Shown here: one piece after another, positions 62,901-64,000 of the stretch
Position numbering within the stretch: the stretch's first letter is position 1
Layout: every line of letters starts with the position of its first letter
Assembly: GCA_046563655.1 (NCBI GenBank)
Contig: JAJCTO010000011.1
Location: forward strand, 248,001 to 312,000
Origin: Yuukianura sp. NJ FZ-2021
Lineage: Eukaryota
Length of the DNA stretch: 64,000 nt
Reading direction: 5' to 3'
Made by a program: the position numbers and the translations under genes
The notes under the pieces: generated by a model
What the model saw: the letters and a program-made list of their open reading frames with translations, nothing else
What the model was told of the DNA's origin: nothing
Databases searched by the model: none

Positions 62901-64000
62901 GTTCCCATGATAATCCAGCTTTACATCTAGTGTCGTGTTGTCGCCTGAAAACTAGTAGACCTCTCCTTTGGCAGATATTGTTTAGGTGCAATAAACACAA
63001 TTTTCTTCAGTCAGTTTTTTGTTGCACCGTTGAGCAAGCGCCTACAACCACAGTCACATATGCAAAATTATGGAGCGACTTTCCTCATCGTACGGTTGCT
63101 GTTGCTTACTCTTACACAAAAGTTACACTGGAAATCCGGCAAAACCGTGCTTTAGAAAAATATCTAGTGTAGTTTGCTCTTGAAGTTGTATGGCTGTATG
63201 CCGCTATAGAAGCCTACACATCATCGTTGCAACGATTTTGCAATACATGGTGGATTTCAAAAACCATTTACACTCAACATCTCGTTTCACGCATAGGACA
63301 CCCAAAATAAATTACCTATTAGAGTCTCTACTTTTCGTTTCGGCAGCGGTTTTGTAAAGCCGCTCCGCTGAACATAAATCAAGAATGCCGGCGTGTTCTC
63401 ATGATAATCCAGCTTTACATCTAGTGTCGTGTTGTCGCATGAAAACTAGCAGACCTCTCCTTTGGCAGATATTGTTTAGGTGCAATAAACACAATTTTTT
63501 TAGTCAATTTTTTGTTGCACCGTTGAGCAAGCGCCTACAACCACACTCACATATGCAAAATTATGGAGCGACTTTCCTCATCGTACGGTTGCTGTTGCTT
63601 AGTCTTACACAAAAGTTACACTGAAAATCCGTCAAAACCGTGGTTTAGAAAAATATCTAGTGTAGTTTGCTCTTGAAGTTGTATGGCTGTATGCCGCTAT
63701 AGAAGCCTACACATCATCGTTGCAACGATTTTGCAATACATGGTGGATTTCAAAAACCATTTACACTCAACATCTCGTTTCACGCATAGGACACCCAAAA
63801 TAAATTACATATTAGAGTCTCTACTTTTCGTTTCGGCAGCGGTTTTGTAAAGCCGCTCCGCTGAACATAAATCAAGAATGCCGGCGTGTTCCCATGATAA
63901 TCCAGCTTTACATCTAGTGTCGTGTTGTCGCCTGAAAACTAGTAGACCTCTCCTTTGGCAGATATTGTTTAGGTGCAATAAACACAATTTTCTTCAGTCA
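53980..64000. repeat. Satellite DNA array, 494-bp monomer, about 20 copies, running off the window
   Basis: ATGCCGGCG recurs at 56469, 56963, 57457, 57951 and onward (494-bp period); two monomers are 483 bp owing to an 11-bp deletion. Confidence 0.98.

Noticed and set aside
54022..63987. Repeated 93-aa ORF in the 494-bp array
   Set aside because: Broken by deletions and stops in several monomers; no domain signature; explained by tandem repetition.

Overview
Eukaryotic, very probably arthropod, repeat-dense (heterochromatin-like) DNA; the 5S rRNA, TCAGT initiators and Helentron/DINE-like repeats point to an arthropod host. Positions 1-24349 are a satellite array of 147-bp monomers (161/162-bp variants) with higher-order structure. 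It carries three clean insertions: a Tc1/mariner MITE (TA TSD), a CCC...GGG element (2-bp TSD), and a 6243-bp Polinton/Maverick-type element (4156-10398; about 1.15-1.2 kb TIRs, AG...CT ends, 6-bp TSD CCTTAT). This element is the main find. It encodes only a penton-like minor capsid gene, a small basic ORF and a hexon-like major capsid gene, each behind its own TATA+TCAGT promoter, plus a tRNA-like Pol III signal at the right TIR border. No polymerase, integrase, ATPase or protease is visible. After a 100-N gap lies a roughly 29-kb island of mostly broken genes: a lipase-NACHT fusion, BTB-BACK, a helical/TPR-like gene, an ionotropic receptor fragment and a LINE ORF1. The island also holds a solitary 5S rRNA between two Helentron-type elements, several MITEs, a foldback element with minisatellite arms, and a nested hAT/LTR remnant. 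From about 53980 to the end runs a second, unrelated 494-bp satellite. All protein assignments are by motif recognition only; no searches were run.
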